Shown here: piece by piece, positions 21,819 to 31,721 of the stretch
Layout of the letters: each line of letters starts with the position of its first letter
Numbering within the stretch: the stretch's first letter is position 1
Origin: an uncultured Butyrivibrio sp.
Lineage (GTDB): Bacteria; Bacillota; Clostridia; Lachnospirales; Lachnospiraceae
NCBI GenBank assembly: GCA_910577605.1
Contig: CAJTON010000007.1
Location: 2,244-66,243 of the forward strand
DNA: 64,000 bases
Reading direction: 5' to 3'
Position numbers and translations under genes: made by a program
Notes under the pieces: model-generated
What the model was told of the DNA's origin: nothing
Database searches by the model: none
What the model saw: only the letters and a program-made list of their open reading frames with translations

Positions 21819-22104
21819 ATAAATTCTCCTCAAAAAAGCGCAAAAATTGTCGAAATTTGCTATGGAATAATTGAAAACCATATGCTATAATATGTAAGAA
21901 GGTTGCAGAAAGGATATCAGAGATATTTTTGCAGCCATGTACGCAAAGTTAATATTTTATACTAGAATTATAGAGGCAGTCTGTGTTTTTTTCAAGACAT
22001 GTTTTTTACCGTTAGTTCGTTTGCAGGCTGTATTTTCGTTTTGTGTAACTTTTTGATTAAGTTTATTGTCCAAGCCGGTTTACGCCGGTCAGAGGTTCGT
22101 ATAT

Positions 22105-23499
22105 ATGATAAATAGAAGACTGTTCAGTTGCTTTGTTTCCGCAGCGTTTTCTGCTTGCGGGAACGGCAGCTCTTACGTTGATATGAAGGAATCGGATTCA
22201 TATCACGTTCTTGATTATTCCACGGAGGATACGGCAGATATAACTGTGCCTTCTGGGGATAGTAATGTCACGACGGAGGAAAGCGTTACCGCGACGGGCG
22301 GCGAGGACCGTACGGAAACCGTTTCTTTCGGAACTTCCACAGACGCTACAAGCGAATATGTTACCGACGGTCAGGACGCGTCTTCGGGCGGGGACTCTTC
22401 AAGCGCGCCTTCGGATAAAAAAACAGTCCCTTCTGACGATACCGCCGCTTCACAGGAAACGACCGCGCAGATGCCTGAAACGTCCGAAGCAGGCAAAGAG
22501 ACTACTCCGACAGATTCAGGTGAGAAGGAAAGCTCCGAGGCTTTTCAGGTCCGGAATCCCGTTCAGCCGATAGACCATTCCGTGGAGTTTGTGTTCAAGA
22601 TTCCGGGATATACGGGCAAAAATTACTATGATCTGTATCTTAACGACGGTTTTGTTCCGGTTGACAGCGCTGAAAGTCTGAAGACGTACTGCAGCGGCGA
22701 GCTGCTTACCTTGGAACGCGGGGATAAATCTATCAATTACATAATAACGACGCAGGGTTTGTTTGACGATATTGTAGCAGGGCTTGCAAAGATGGATGAG
22801 AAGGCGTCGGAAAGCAAGGACATCAAGGATATATTCGCGAGGGATTCATATTTATACGATCAGCTCGGTCTTGACTATCAGACGTATTACAGCCGCGGAT
22901 TTGCTATTTTCAAGATCAGGAAAATGGGAGACGTAGGGAGCGGAAAGCATTCCATTTATGCTATTTACTACTATTCATACGAGGACGCGCAGCAGGCGGC
23001 TTTAGTTGACGATATTGTGAAACGCGTGACCAAGGAGTTTACCGGAAGCGATTACGACAAGCTTCTTTCGGCATACGACTATCTGTGCGGTAAGGCTGTC
23101 TACAGCAATGACGCGGATTCGTACGAAGCTCATTCCGCATACGGAGCATTGGTTTCCGGTAAAGCGGTGTGTGAGGGATATGCCAAGGCGTATAAACTGC
23201 TGCTTGATAATATGGGTATTTCCAATTATATTGCAATTAATTCTACACATGCATGGAATATTGTTATGTATAAAGGTGAATGGTATTTTATTGATGTGAC
23301 AAACGGAGATTTCAATTCCTGTCATGCCTATTTCATGTTGGGCGGAGACGTGCTTTATAGCAAAAATAGTATGGTTATAGATAGCTATATTTTTACATCG
23401 GATTCAATTGCGTATTACGGATATACTGACGGAAATAATACTGATAAAAATACACTTGCTAGGAAATCAATCTCTGACAGAGATATAGTTCGTAAGTAG
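22105..23499 (+). CDS. Lipoprotein with S/T-rich linker and C-terminal transglutaminase-like domain
   Basis: FSAC lipobox-like site; triad motifs VCEGYA, HAWN, YFIDVT. Confidence 0.78.
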   Translation: MINRRLFSCFVSAAFSACGNGSSYVDMKESDSYHVLDYSTEDTADITVPSGDSNVTTEESVTATGGEDRTETVSFGTSTDATSEYVTDGQDASSGGDSSSAPSDKKTVPSDDTAASQETTAQMPETSEAGKETTPTDSGEKESSEAFQVRNPVQPIDHSVEFVFKIPGYTGKNYYDLYLNDGFVPVDSAESLKTYCSGELLTLERGDKSINYIITTQGLFDDIVAGLAKMDEKASESKDIKDIFARDSYLYDQLGLDYQTYYSRGFAIFKIRKMGDVGSGKHSIYAIYYYSYEDAQQAALVDDIVKRVTKEFTGSDYDKLLSAYDYLCGKAVYSNDADSYEAHSAYGALVSGKAVCEGYAKAYKLLLDNMGISNYIAINSTHAWNIVMYKGEWYFIDVTNGDFNSCHAYFMLGGDVLYSKNSMVIDSYIFTSDSIAYYGYTDGNNTDKNTLARKSISDRDIVRK

Positions 23500-23593
23500 A
23501 ATTATAAAAGAAATTAATTTTTTCTTGATTCAAAAAATACGTTATAGTATAATTTTGGAAACAAGGATAATAAATGTCAGGGAGGAACTTGGA

Positions 23594-24427
23594 ATGAAGT
23601 ATTGTGGTAAATGCGGCAGACAGATGGACGACGGGGACAATTTCTGCCCGTCCTGCGGCGCGCCGCACGCGGACAGGCCTGTTGGACAGTCGTTTTCGGA
23701 GTATGCGGACAAACAGGAAGAAACGAAACGGGAACACGGAGCGTCGGTTTCGGCAAGTCCGTCATACACATATGACACTTCGGACGGTTCGCGTCCCATG
23801 TATACCTATGATACTCAGAGCGCTGAACAGCAGTTTCAGAATATTTACACACAGAGTACGCAGCAGGATAAGAATACCGGCATGGTAAGAAAAAAGAAGC
23901 CAAGATCGGGACGCAGGCTCATTCCCGTATTTGCGGCGGCAGCGGCGCTCATGATTTTGTTCCTTGTTTTCTTTTTCAGATGCGTGGTCGGCAGCGGCAG
24001 CCTTACCAAAAACGGAGCCGTAAAGGCTTACTATGAAGCGCTTCAGACAAAAGACGGAGAGAAGCTGCTTGACGCTACGGTATCCAACAGTATGCTTGAC
24101 GCGCTTGAGGAGAAGTCGGGCTTTACAAAGAAACACATAATACGTCTTATGAAAGCGAAAATGACGGCTTCAAGCACCGACGGCAAATACAGACATACCA
24201 AGATCACTGATACAGAGAAATACAGTAAGAGCGATATAGAAGATGTTCTTGATACGCTTGAGAGGCAGACGGGCGAAAGGATAAGCATCAGCGCGATGTG
24301 CAAAGTCGAGATCGAGTATGACTCCTGGAATTCTTATTATGAACAGTGGGTGGAGACGAGCGGAAAGCTTGTCCTGTATAAATCCGGGGGCAACTGGTAT
24401 GTATTTCCGGACAGTCTGGATTTTTAA
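23594..24427 (+). CDS. Zinc-ribbon membrane protein
   Basis: MKYCGKCG...FCPSCG, single TM helix, C-terminal extracellular domain. Confidence 0.75.
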   Translation: MKYCGKCGRQMDDGDNFCPSCGAPHADRPVGQSFSEYADKQEETKREHGASVSASPSYTYDTSDGSRPMYTYDTQSAEQQFQNIYTQSTQQDKNTGMVRKKKPRSGRRLIPVFAAAAALMILFLVFFFRCVVGSGSLTKNGAVKAYYEALQTKDGEKLLDATVSNSMLDALEEKSGFTKKHIIRLMKAKMTASSTDGKYRHTKITDTEKYSKSDIEDVLDTLERQTGERISISAMCKVEIEYDSWNSYYEQWVETSGKLVLYKSGGNWYVFPDSLDF

Positions 24428-24454
24428 GAATGATTAATTTATAATAAAAAACAG

Positions 24455-24483
24455 TTGACAAATTTATCCAACGGTGTTAGCTT
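24455..24483 (+). promoter_or_regulatory. Sigma-A-like promoter of leader peptide/ABC operon
   Basis: TTGACA-17bp-TAGCTT with extended TG. Confidence 0.65.
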
Positions 24484-24539
24484 TAATAAAGACACTGTTT
24501 GGTTTTGCAGTATCAAATAAGCTTAAGGAGGTAGGAACT

Positions 24540-24620
24540 ATGATTAAAACCGTTAAATTTACATTTGATTCAGATAATTTTGACCATTCAGTTACAGCCT
24601 GCCTCGTAATACGCAGTTAA
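24540..24620 (+). CDS. Putative 26-aa leader peptide MIKTVKFTFDSDNFDHSVTACLVIRS
   Basis: TAAGGAGGT RBS 7 nt upstream; lies between promoter and terminator preceding ABC genes; below ORF track size cutoff. Confidence 0.7.
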   Translation: MIKTVKFTFDSDNFDHSVTACLVIRS

Positions 24621-24667
24621 GCTTATCTTCTGACATGATTTTTTAGATATAAGCCCATGGGTAATAC

Positions 24668-24702
24668 GCCGCAGTCTGTAACAGGACGGCGGCTTTTGTT
24701 TT
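24668..24702 (+). terminator. Attenuator terminator upstream of ABC exporter
   Basis: GCCGC-AGTC...GAC-GGCGGC hairpin followed by TTTTGTTTT. Confidence 0.7.
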
Positions 24703-24779
24703 GTATCGGCATACGCGGAACATGAACATTATTTTACCCGTGGGCTGTTTTTATAAGAATGAATATTGGAGGAGGAATT

Positions 24780-26564
24780 ATGAGCAGGAAGAAAGAAAAG
24801 GTAAAGAAGAATCCTATCGGAAGATATGTCGCGCGCAACTGGTGGAGGTATCTTATCGCGTTTATCGCGTTGGTGACCGCCGTCGCGCTGGACGTATGGT
24901 TCCCGCTGGTCACAAAGTCGATAGTTGACGACGTGCTTGTCGCCAAAAATATGGAGATGCTGAAAAAGGATTTGATATTCATACTTATTATCGGCGGCGG
25001 AAGAGCGGTAACGCAGTATGTGAAGGAGTTTACATGCGATATGTGCGGCTGCCGCGTGGCAAGCATGAGCAGAAAGAATCTGTTCAATCATATACAGACG
25101 CTGTCACGTTCATATTTTAATAAGAACAATACCGGTGAACTTATGGCAAGGGTCAAGGATGATGTTGACAGGATATGGGATGTTTTCGGCTTTGTCGGAA
25201 TGCTTATTATTGAAGCGGTGCTGTATGTTGTGGGTGTTATAGTATGTATGCTCAAGCTCAACTGGGAGCTGAGTCTTATCCCGATAGCTGTAATGCCTGT
25301 CATGGGATTCATGGCTATACGGCTTGAACGCAGACTTGACAAGGTGTACGACGATATAAGCGAACAGAACGCCGTACTCAATACCGTTGTACAGGAGAAT
25401 CTTTCGGGAGTACGAACTGTCAAATCCTTCGCGAGAGAGGATTATGAGCTTGAAAAGTTCAGAAAAAACAACGAAAAATATTCCGAGCTGAACGTAAGTC
25501 AGGCGACCATAATGGCAAAATTTGACCCGGACATGGGATTTATACCCAAAATAATGCAGCTGGCGGTACTCCTTGTCGGAGGCTACGCCGTTATAAACAG
25601 GAATATGACGCTTGGAGTGCTGACGGCATTCATACAGTATGCCAATAATATCGTATGGCCGATGGAAAATATGGGATGGCTTACGAACGCTCTCGCGGCG
25701 GCCTTTGCTTCAAATAAGAAGATCAATAAGATACTCGCGGAAAAGCCGGAGATTTATAACGCTCCCGACGCCGTTACGCCGGAGAAGGTGGACGGAAAGC
25801 TCTGCTTTGAGGACGTGTCATTTTCGATGGGAGAAAGCAGGATACTAGACGGCATAAGCTTTGAGCTTCCGAAGGGAAAAACTCTCGGAATAATGGGTGT
25901 TACGGGCGCGGGCAAAAGTACTATCGTCAATCTGATAAACCGCTTTTACGATGTGAGCGATGGAAAGATTACGATAGACGATACGGATATACGCGAGCTT
26001 TCGCTTGAAACGGTGAGAGGCTGTACTTCGGTAGTAACGCAGGACGTATTCCTTTTTTCCGACACGATAAGACAGAACATAAAGCTCGGAAGCCGCAGCT
26101 CAATGTCGGACGAGAGAGTTAAGAGCGCGGTGGCTGCCGCTCACGCTTCGGAGTTTGTGGATAAGCTCGGCGACGGCTACGATACGGTTATCGGAGAGAG
26201 AGGGGTAGGACTGTCGGGCGGTCAGAAGCAGAGGCTGAGCATTGCGCGGGCTCTTGCCAAAAACGCGCAGATTCTTATACTGGATGATTCCACGTCGGCG
26301 CTCGATATGGAGACCGAATATGAGATTCAGCAGAATCTGTCGGAAATGAAAAATACGAGCAAAATTATTATCGCCCACAGGATATCTTCGGTGCGTCATG
26401 CCGACGAGATAATAATTCTTGATCACGGACGTATTGCCGAGCGCGGAACGCACGAGGAGCTTATGGAGGCGAAGGGACTTTATTACTCAACTTATGAAGC
26501 GCAGTACGGAGATTACCGCAAGGCTTTGGAGATAATAGGAGAGGAGGAGCTGATATGTCAATAA
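24780..26564 (+). CDS. Multidrug-type ABC exporter subunit A (TMD+NBD)
   Basis: TM helices, GVTGAGKS, LSGGQ, degenerate Walker B LILDD. Confidence 0.92.
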   Translation: MSRKKEKVKKNPIGRYVARNWWRYLIAFIALVTAVALDVWFPLVTKSIVDDVLVAKNMEMLKKDLIFILIIGGGRAVTQYVKEFTCDMCGCRVASMSRKNLFNHIQTLSRSYFNKNNTGELMARVKDDVDRIWDVFGFVGMLIIEAVLYVVGVIVCMLKLNWELSLIPIAVMPVMGFMAIRLERRLDKVYDDISEQNAVLNTVVQENLSGVRTVKSFAREDYELEKFRKNNEKYSELNVSQATIMAKFDPDMGFIPKIMQLAVLLVGGYAVINRNMTLGVLTAFIQYANNIVWPMENMGWLTNALAAAFASNKKINKILAEKPEIYNAPDAVTPEKVDGKLCFEDVSFSMGESRILDGISFELPKGKTLGIMGVTGAGKSTIVNLINRFYDVSDGKITIDDTDIRELSLETVRGCTSVVTQDVFLFSDTIRQNIKLGSRSSMSDERVKSAVAAAHASEFVDKLGDGYDTVIGERGVGLSGGQKQRLSIARALAKNAQILILDDSTSALDMETEYEIQQNLSEMKNTSKIIIAHRISSVRHADEIIILDHGRIAERGTHEELMEAKGLYYSTYEAQYGDYRKALEIIGEEELICQ

Positions 26565-28339
26565 ATTCCGTAAGAGAAGATGAAGAGCAGAAGGATTCCG
26601 TCAAGATAAAAGTTATACTGCGGCTTTTTAAATATATGCTCGCGTACAAAAAACAGATAATTCTGGTGCTTGTATGTATGTTTGCGTCGCTTGGCATTTC
26701 AGTTATCAATCCGCTGCTTCTTGAGCGCGCGATTGATGTGGAGATAAAAGGAGAGAACTGGCGCGGACTTGTAATCGTTGTGCTCATATCTCTTGTCATC
26801 AGCGTTATGTATATGCTGATCGCCAAGTTCTGGATGAAAACAATGGCGAAGGTCTCCAACAATGTGCTTCTGACAATAAGGGATAATTTGTATTCACATA
26901 TACAGACCTTGAGCTTCAGCTTTTTTGACAGCCGTCCTACGGGCAAAATACTCGCGAGAGTAATAGGCGACGTAAATGCGCTTAAGGATGTTATACAAAG
27001 CACCGTAACGCAGCTTTTGCCGGATTTTTTGACGGTGATCGTCGTGTTTATTATGATGCTGGCGCATAACGCCTGGCTTACGCTTTCGGCTGTCGCGGCG
27101 CTTCCGGTAATAATTGCGGGAATGTATGTTGCGGAGATCCTTGCGCACAAGAGATGGCAGGTGCTGCGCAAAAAGTCCTCAAACATCTCCGCCTTTGTGC
27201 ATGAGGATTTTTCGGGAATCGGAATAGTTCAGAGCTTTAACGCCGAGAAGGAATCAAGAGAAGAATTTTCCGAGCTGGTAGACGAACACTGCAAGGCGTT
27301 TCGCGATGCGGTTTCGGTTGCGGACGCGTTCAGCCCCACGATCGAGATATCATGGGGAATAGGAACGTTTTTGCTGTACTATATCGGTATCCGCAAGCTC
27401 GGAGTAGATGCGGTCGGAGTAGGTACCTATACGGCGTTTGCCATATATCTGTCGATGTTCTGGGGGCCTATTCGCAATCTTGCTTCATATTATAATAAGC
27501 TTGTCACAAACCTTTCGGCAGCCGAGCGAGTGTTTGACATACTTGACACGCCCGCCGAGGTCGCCGACGGTCCGGATTCATACGAGCTTCCGGACATATC
27601 CGGGAAAGTGGAGTTTAAGAATGTTTCGTTTGCTTATCCCGACGAACCGGAAAAGTATGTGCTTCACAATGTAAGCTTTTCGGTGGCTCCCGGAGAGACG
27701 GTCGCTCTTGTAGGACCGACGGGAGCCGGCAAGACGACGATAGTCAGTCTGATAAGCCGTTTCTACAATTCGACCGAAGGGCAGGTGCTTGTGGACGGAC
27801 ATGATCTGATGGCTGTGACCATCAACAGTCTGCGCCGTCAGATGGGCGTTATGACTCAGGAAAATTATCTTTTTTCGGGAACGATACGCGAAAATATTAA
27901 GTACGGCAAACTTGACGCGACAGACGAAGAAATGATAGATGCGGCAAAAGCGGTCCACGCGCACGATTTCATAGTCAAGCTCGAAAAGGGCTACGATACC
28001 GAGATAAGCGAGCGCGGCTCAAGCCTTTCGATAGGGCAGCGCCAGCTGCTTGCGTTCGCGAGAACGATGGTGTCGAATCCGGCTATCCTTGTGCTTGACG
28101 AGGCGACTTCAAGTATTGACACTCATACGGAGATACTGGTTCAGCAGGGAATAGAATCATTGCTTAAGAACCGTACTTCCTTCGTTATCGCCCACAGGCT
28201 TTCGACGATAAAAAACGCCGACAGGATATTTGTTATCGACGACGGCGGAATACAGGAGGCGGGAAACCACGACGAGCTTATGACTCAGAAGGGCAGCTAC
28301 TACGAGCTGTATCAGGCGCAGTTTAAAAACATACAGTAA
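26555..28339 (+). CDS. Multidrug-type ABC exporter subunit B (TMD+NBD)
   Basis: GPTGAGKT, LSIGQ, LVLDEATS; overlaps subunit A, heterodimeric pair. Confidence 0.92.
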   Translation: MSINSVREDEEQKDSVKIKVILRLFKYMLAYKKQIILVLVCMFASLGISVINPLLLERAIDVEIKGENWRGLVIVVLISLVISVMYMLIAKFWMKTMAKVSNNVLLTIRDNLYSHIQTLSFSFFDSRPTGKILARVIGDVNALKDVIQSTVTQLLPDFLTVIVVFIMMLAHNAWLTLSAVAALPVIIAGMYVAEILAHKRWQVLRKKSSNISAFVHEDFSGIGIVQSFNAEKESREEFSELVDEHCKAFRDAVSVADAFSPTIEISWGIGTFLLYYIGIRKLGVDAVGVGTYTAFAIYLSMFWGPIRNLASYYNKLVTNLSAAERVFDILDTPAEVADGPDSYELPDISGKVEFKNVSFAYPDEPEKYVLHNVSFSVAPGETVALVGPTGAGKTTIVSLISRFYNSTEGQVLVDGHDLMAVTINSLRRQMGVMTQENYLFSGTIRENIKYGKLDATDEEMIDAAKAVHAHDFIVKLEKGYDTEISERGSSLSIGQRQLLAFARTMVSNPAILVLDEATSSIDTHTEILVQQGIESLLKNRTSFVIAHRLSTIKNADRIFVIDDGGIQEAGNHDELMTQKGSYYELYQAQFKNIQ

Positions 28340-28449
28340 CGTGCGCAAGCGTCAACGCCGATTTAAAATAGTGACTTTTGAGGTCTTCTATGATAAAATA
28401 AAAATCTTAGGAGACCTTTTAAAGTTCTAATGGTGAGGTGATAATCTTT

Positions 28450-28824
28450 ATGCGAATGAATTTTGATGAAAGTATCAATGCTTGTCAAACTATTGAAGGC
28501 TGGGAACTGGTAACAAGTTTTTCGGTTGGAGGTTTTGAATGGTTAGGTTTCTCTAAAGAAAATCCGAATAAAATGATTATTATTTCTTCGCAAAAAACAA
28601 CTGTCTTAGATTGTGATAATGGAAAATTAGAAAATTGTACGATTGATTATGATGAAGAAGAACTTATTGCAATTTGCGACAAGTTACCAAATGAACAGAT
28701 TCTAATAGCAGGAGAATATGGCGGGAGATTACCTGAGACAACAAACAAAGGAGAACAAGTTCTTATACAAGAAACAAATGAGCATATAAAGATGCTGATA
28801 TTTAATTATAGCACTTTATTCTGA
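28450..28824 (+). CDS. AT-rich hypothetical protein, possibly truncated
   Basis: GAGGTG RBS, acidic ORF with AT-rich codon usage unlike neighbours. Confidence 0.55.
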   Translation: MRMNFDESINACQTIEGWELVTSFSVGGFEWLGFSKENPNKMIIISSQKTTVLDCDNGKLENCTIDYDEEELIAICDKLPNEQILIAGEYGGRLPETTNKGEQVLIQETNEHIKMLIFNYSTLF

Positions 28825-29014
28825 TAAAATCTATTCTTTCACTTGAAATTTTCTGCTCATAACTTCAACGAAATATTTGGAAATCCCCTTATTCAATATT
28901 GTCAACGAAATAACTGTGCTACATACTGCGATCATCCCCATGAATTGGGTACATTTCTGTTTTTGCTTTGCCGTGAAAGTCTCTTTCAACGGAGCCAAAC
29001 ATGGAACATTTTTA

Positions 29015-29043
29015 TTGTGCAGGCTTTTCTGATATGGTATACT
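29015..29043 (+). promoter_or_regulatory. Sigma-A-like promoter of glycosylation cluster
   Basis: TTGTGC-17bp-TATACT with extended TG. Confidence 0.45.
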
Positions 29044-29126
29044 GAAATAGTATATAAATTTATACTGGTATTCATGCGTTTACGCGTTGGCGCGGATTTT
29101 ACCGATATACCGGAAGGAGTATCCTT

Positions 29127-30918
29127 ATGGAAAATGAGATCAGATATCAGCGGGCACTGGAGCTATTTGAGCAGGAAAACTATGAAGGGGCGGTGGAGCT
29201 TTTTATACAGCTATATGAGGCGGGTTATGAGAAGGAAGCGATCATTCAGATTCTTTATGACTGTTTTATTACGCCTAATGAAGCGGAGTTTTTTAAGAAT
29301 TATGCGGAAAACAGCGAGGCGCTGTGCGGTAATCTGTACGATCAGCTGCTTCTGGATTTTATACCCGTATCGGATACTAAATATTACATATTTCATAAGG
29401 GGCTGAGGCAGTTTTTCGGGAGCATTGATATTTCCGACGATGAGCGACCAAAGCAGGAGGGGGATATTCACTGCGCTCTGATAGCGGATATATGGGACCT
29501 GCGCGAGATGCTCCCGTATATCAGAATGTGTGGGTGGAACACCTGCTATATTCTTTTGGGCGAAAACAGAAACGAATTTCTTTCTTTTCTCAAGCTTCCT
29601 GATATAAAGCAGAAATATCTTTATAATTCGATGATATTTGTCAGTACCGAGGTAATGAAGCGGTTCTTTAACGAATATCCGGAATTCTATATTCCGAAGC
29701 AAATTATTTCCGGACATCCTGAGGAGTACCGAAAAATATTATTTGAGCTTCATAACAAACGTCTTGAGGATACCGGCAGGGAAAGAAAAAATGTGTTTCT
29801 GTCAGTCTGCATTCCCAGCTACGGACGCGGCGCGGTATGTCTTGATAATGTGCTGAATATTTTACAGGTCGAATACGATTCGGAGATAGAGATAGTCGTC
29901 TCCAACAACGGCTCCACGGAGGATGCGGAGGGCTATGAGCAAATCAAGAATCTTCGGGATTACATATTTTGAGTTTGAAAAAAATCAGGGCTATCCGTTA
30001 AATGTATGCAAGACTCTTGAGCTTGCAAGAGGGCAGTTCGTCATGTTTGCCAGCGACGAGGATCAAATGAAGGTTGAAAATCTTCACGATTATATGAATT
30101 ATCTTCTGAATAACCGCGATGCTGGCGTTATAAGAGCGTCGGGAATAGGTCCTAATATGGGAAGTTTTAAAAGTGTGAAATATGAAGCGGGGATGCGGTC
30201 CTATCTGAACGCGCTAAATTTTAATTATCTGACCGGAGTCACTCTGAACCGTTTCTGGGTGCAGCGCAACAATGTTCTGGAGAGGATCGCTGCAAACATG
30301 GAAAACTGTTTTGTGCGCATATATATGCATATTGCGCTCTCGCTCCTTACGTCGGAGAATACGAGTGTCGGTGAAAGCGATATAGAAATGTGGCAGGCCA
30401 TGGTCGAGCTTGATAATGCTGAGGAAACGGGGAAAAAAATTTTATCCTATATGCATTATGAGAGCAGGATAGAGCAGCAGAATTCGACTGTAGAGTTTGC
30501 ACAAAAGGTTATGAACCTGAGCCCATCGGAATGTATTTCTATAATGAGAGAACGTATTGACAAAACATATTTTCTTTGCGGGCTTGCATATAGCAAAAGG
30601 ACGGAGGCATACAGGGAGATCATAGACTGGAGAGCGCTTTGTACCCTTCTTCACAATAACAACATGAGGCTTCTGGAGCATTACAGGGAGTGGTTCAGCG
30701 AAGATGGAATAAGGTGGATGCAGAATAAGCTGGAGGAAAGATTTTTTGAGGAAATTGCGGAGAACCCCATGAGTTCTGTGCTGACTGAGCGTGAGCTTTC
30801 GGATTATAAAATGGTCGAGGAGATCGCTAAGTACAAATTCGGTCAGGGCTGTCCGGCTGCGGATATAGATTATCTGGAGCTGGAAAGAAAATGGCGAGAA
30901 TTCGCGGAAAATATTTAA
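29127..30918 (+). pseudogene. TPR-like/GT2 glycosyltransferase split by a frameshift near 29960
   Basis: LSVCIPSYGR and IVVSNNGSTE in first ORF; ITYFEFEKNQG...ARGQFVMFASDED continues in another frame. Confidence 0.75.
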
Positions 30919-30936
30919 TTACAGGGTGATGAAAGT

Positions 30937-31716
30937 ATGAAAGTTGTATTGCTTGCGGGCGGATATGGAACGAGGATCAGCGAGGAGAGCAGCATAAAGC
31001 CGAAGCCGATGCTGGACATAGGCGGAAAGCCGATACTCTGGCATATCATGAAGGGCTATTCCTATTACGGGTATAACGACTTTATCATTTGCTGCGGATA
31101 TAAACAGCACATGATAAAGGAGTGGTTCGCCAATTATTATCTGTACAACAGCGACGTTATGTTTGATTTTACTAACCGCAATGAAATGACGGTGTTCAAT
31201 AATGTCGCGGAGCCGTGGAAGGTCACGTTGGTGGATACGGGTCTTAACACGATGACCGGAGGGCGTATAAAGCGCATACAGAGATATGTCGGAGACGAGC
31301 CGTTTATGCTTACATACGGTGACGGAGTATGCGACGTCAATATAACGGATCTTGCCGAATATCACAGGTCATGCCATAAGAAAGCCACAATAACGGCGGT
31401 TCAGCAGCAACAGCAAAAAGGCGTGCTGGACATAGGGGCGGATAACGCTGTGCGTTCGTTCAGGGAGAAGCAGTCGAGGGACGCGGCCCTTATCAACGCC
31501 GGATTTATGGTGCTGGAGCCGGAGGTGTTCGACTATCTGGACGGCGACGGCTGTATTTTTGAGCAGCAGCCTCTTCAAAGGCTTGCCGAGGAGGGCGAGC
31601 TGATGTCTTATAAGCACATAGGCTTCTGGCAGTGCATGGACACAAAGCGCGAGATGGATATGCTTGAGAAATACTGGGCTTCCGGCAACGCGCCGTGGAA
31701 AAAATGGGAGGACTGA
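30937..31716 (+). CDS. rfbF: Glucose-1-phosphate cytidylyltransferase
   Basis: LAGGYGTRISEE, TMTGGRIKR, LTYGDG, GFWQCMDT. Confidence 0.95.
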   Translation: MKVVLLAGGYGTRISEESSIKPKPMLDIGGKPILWHIMKGYSYYGYNDFIICCGYKQHMIKEWFANYYLYNSDVMFDFTNRNEMTVFNNVAEPWKVTLVDTGLNTMTGGRIKRIQRYVGDEPFMLTYGDGVCDVNITDLAEYHRSCHKKATITAVQQQQQKGVLDIGADNAVRSFREKQSRDAALINAGFMVLEPEVFDYLDGDGCIFEQQPLQRLAEEGELMSYKHIGFWQCMDTKREMDMLEKYWASGNAPWKKWED

Positions 31717-31721
31717 TAAAA

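Noticed and set aside
28802..29040. Minus-strand open stretch (CLAPLKETFTAKQKQK...) faintly resembling AgrB
   Set aside because: No start codon or RBS seen, similarity too weak, no agrD/agrC nearby
28843..29406. 187-aa plus-strand ORF
   Set aside because: No clear RBS, overlaps the promoter and glycosyltransferase in another frame, no motifs
29950..29975. Programmed frameshift or phase-variable tract in GT2
   Set aside because: No slippery heptamer or homopolymer at the junction; a deletion is the simpler explanation
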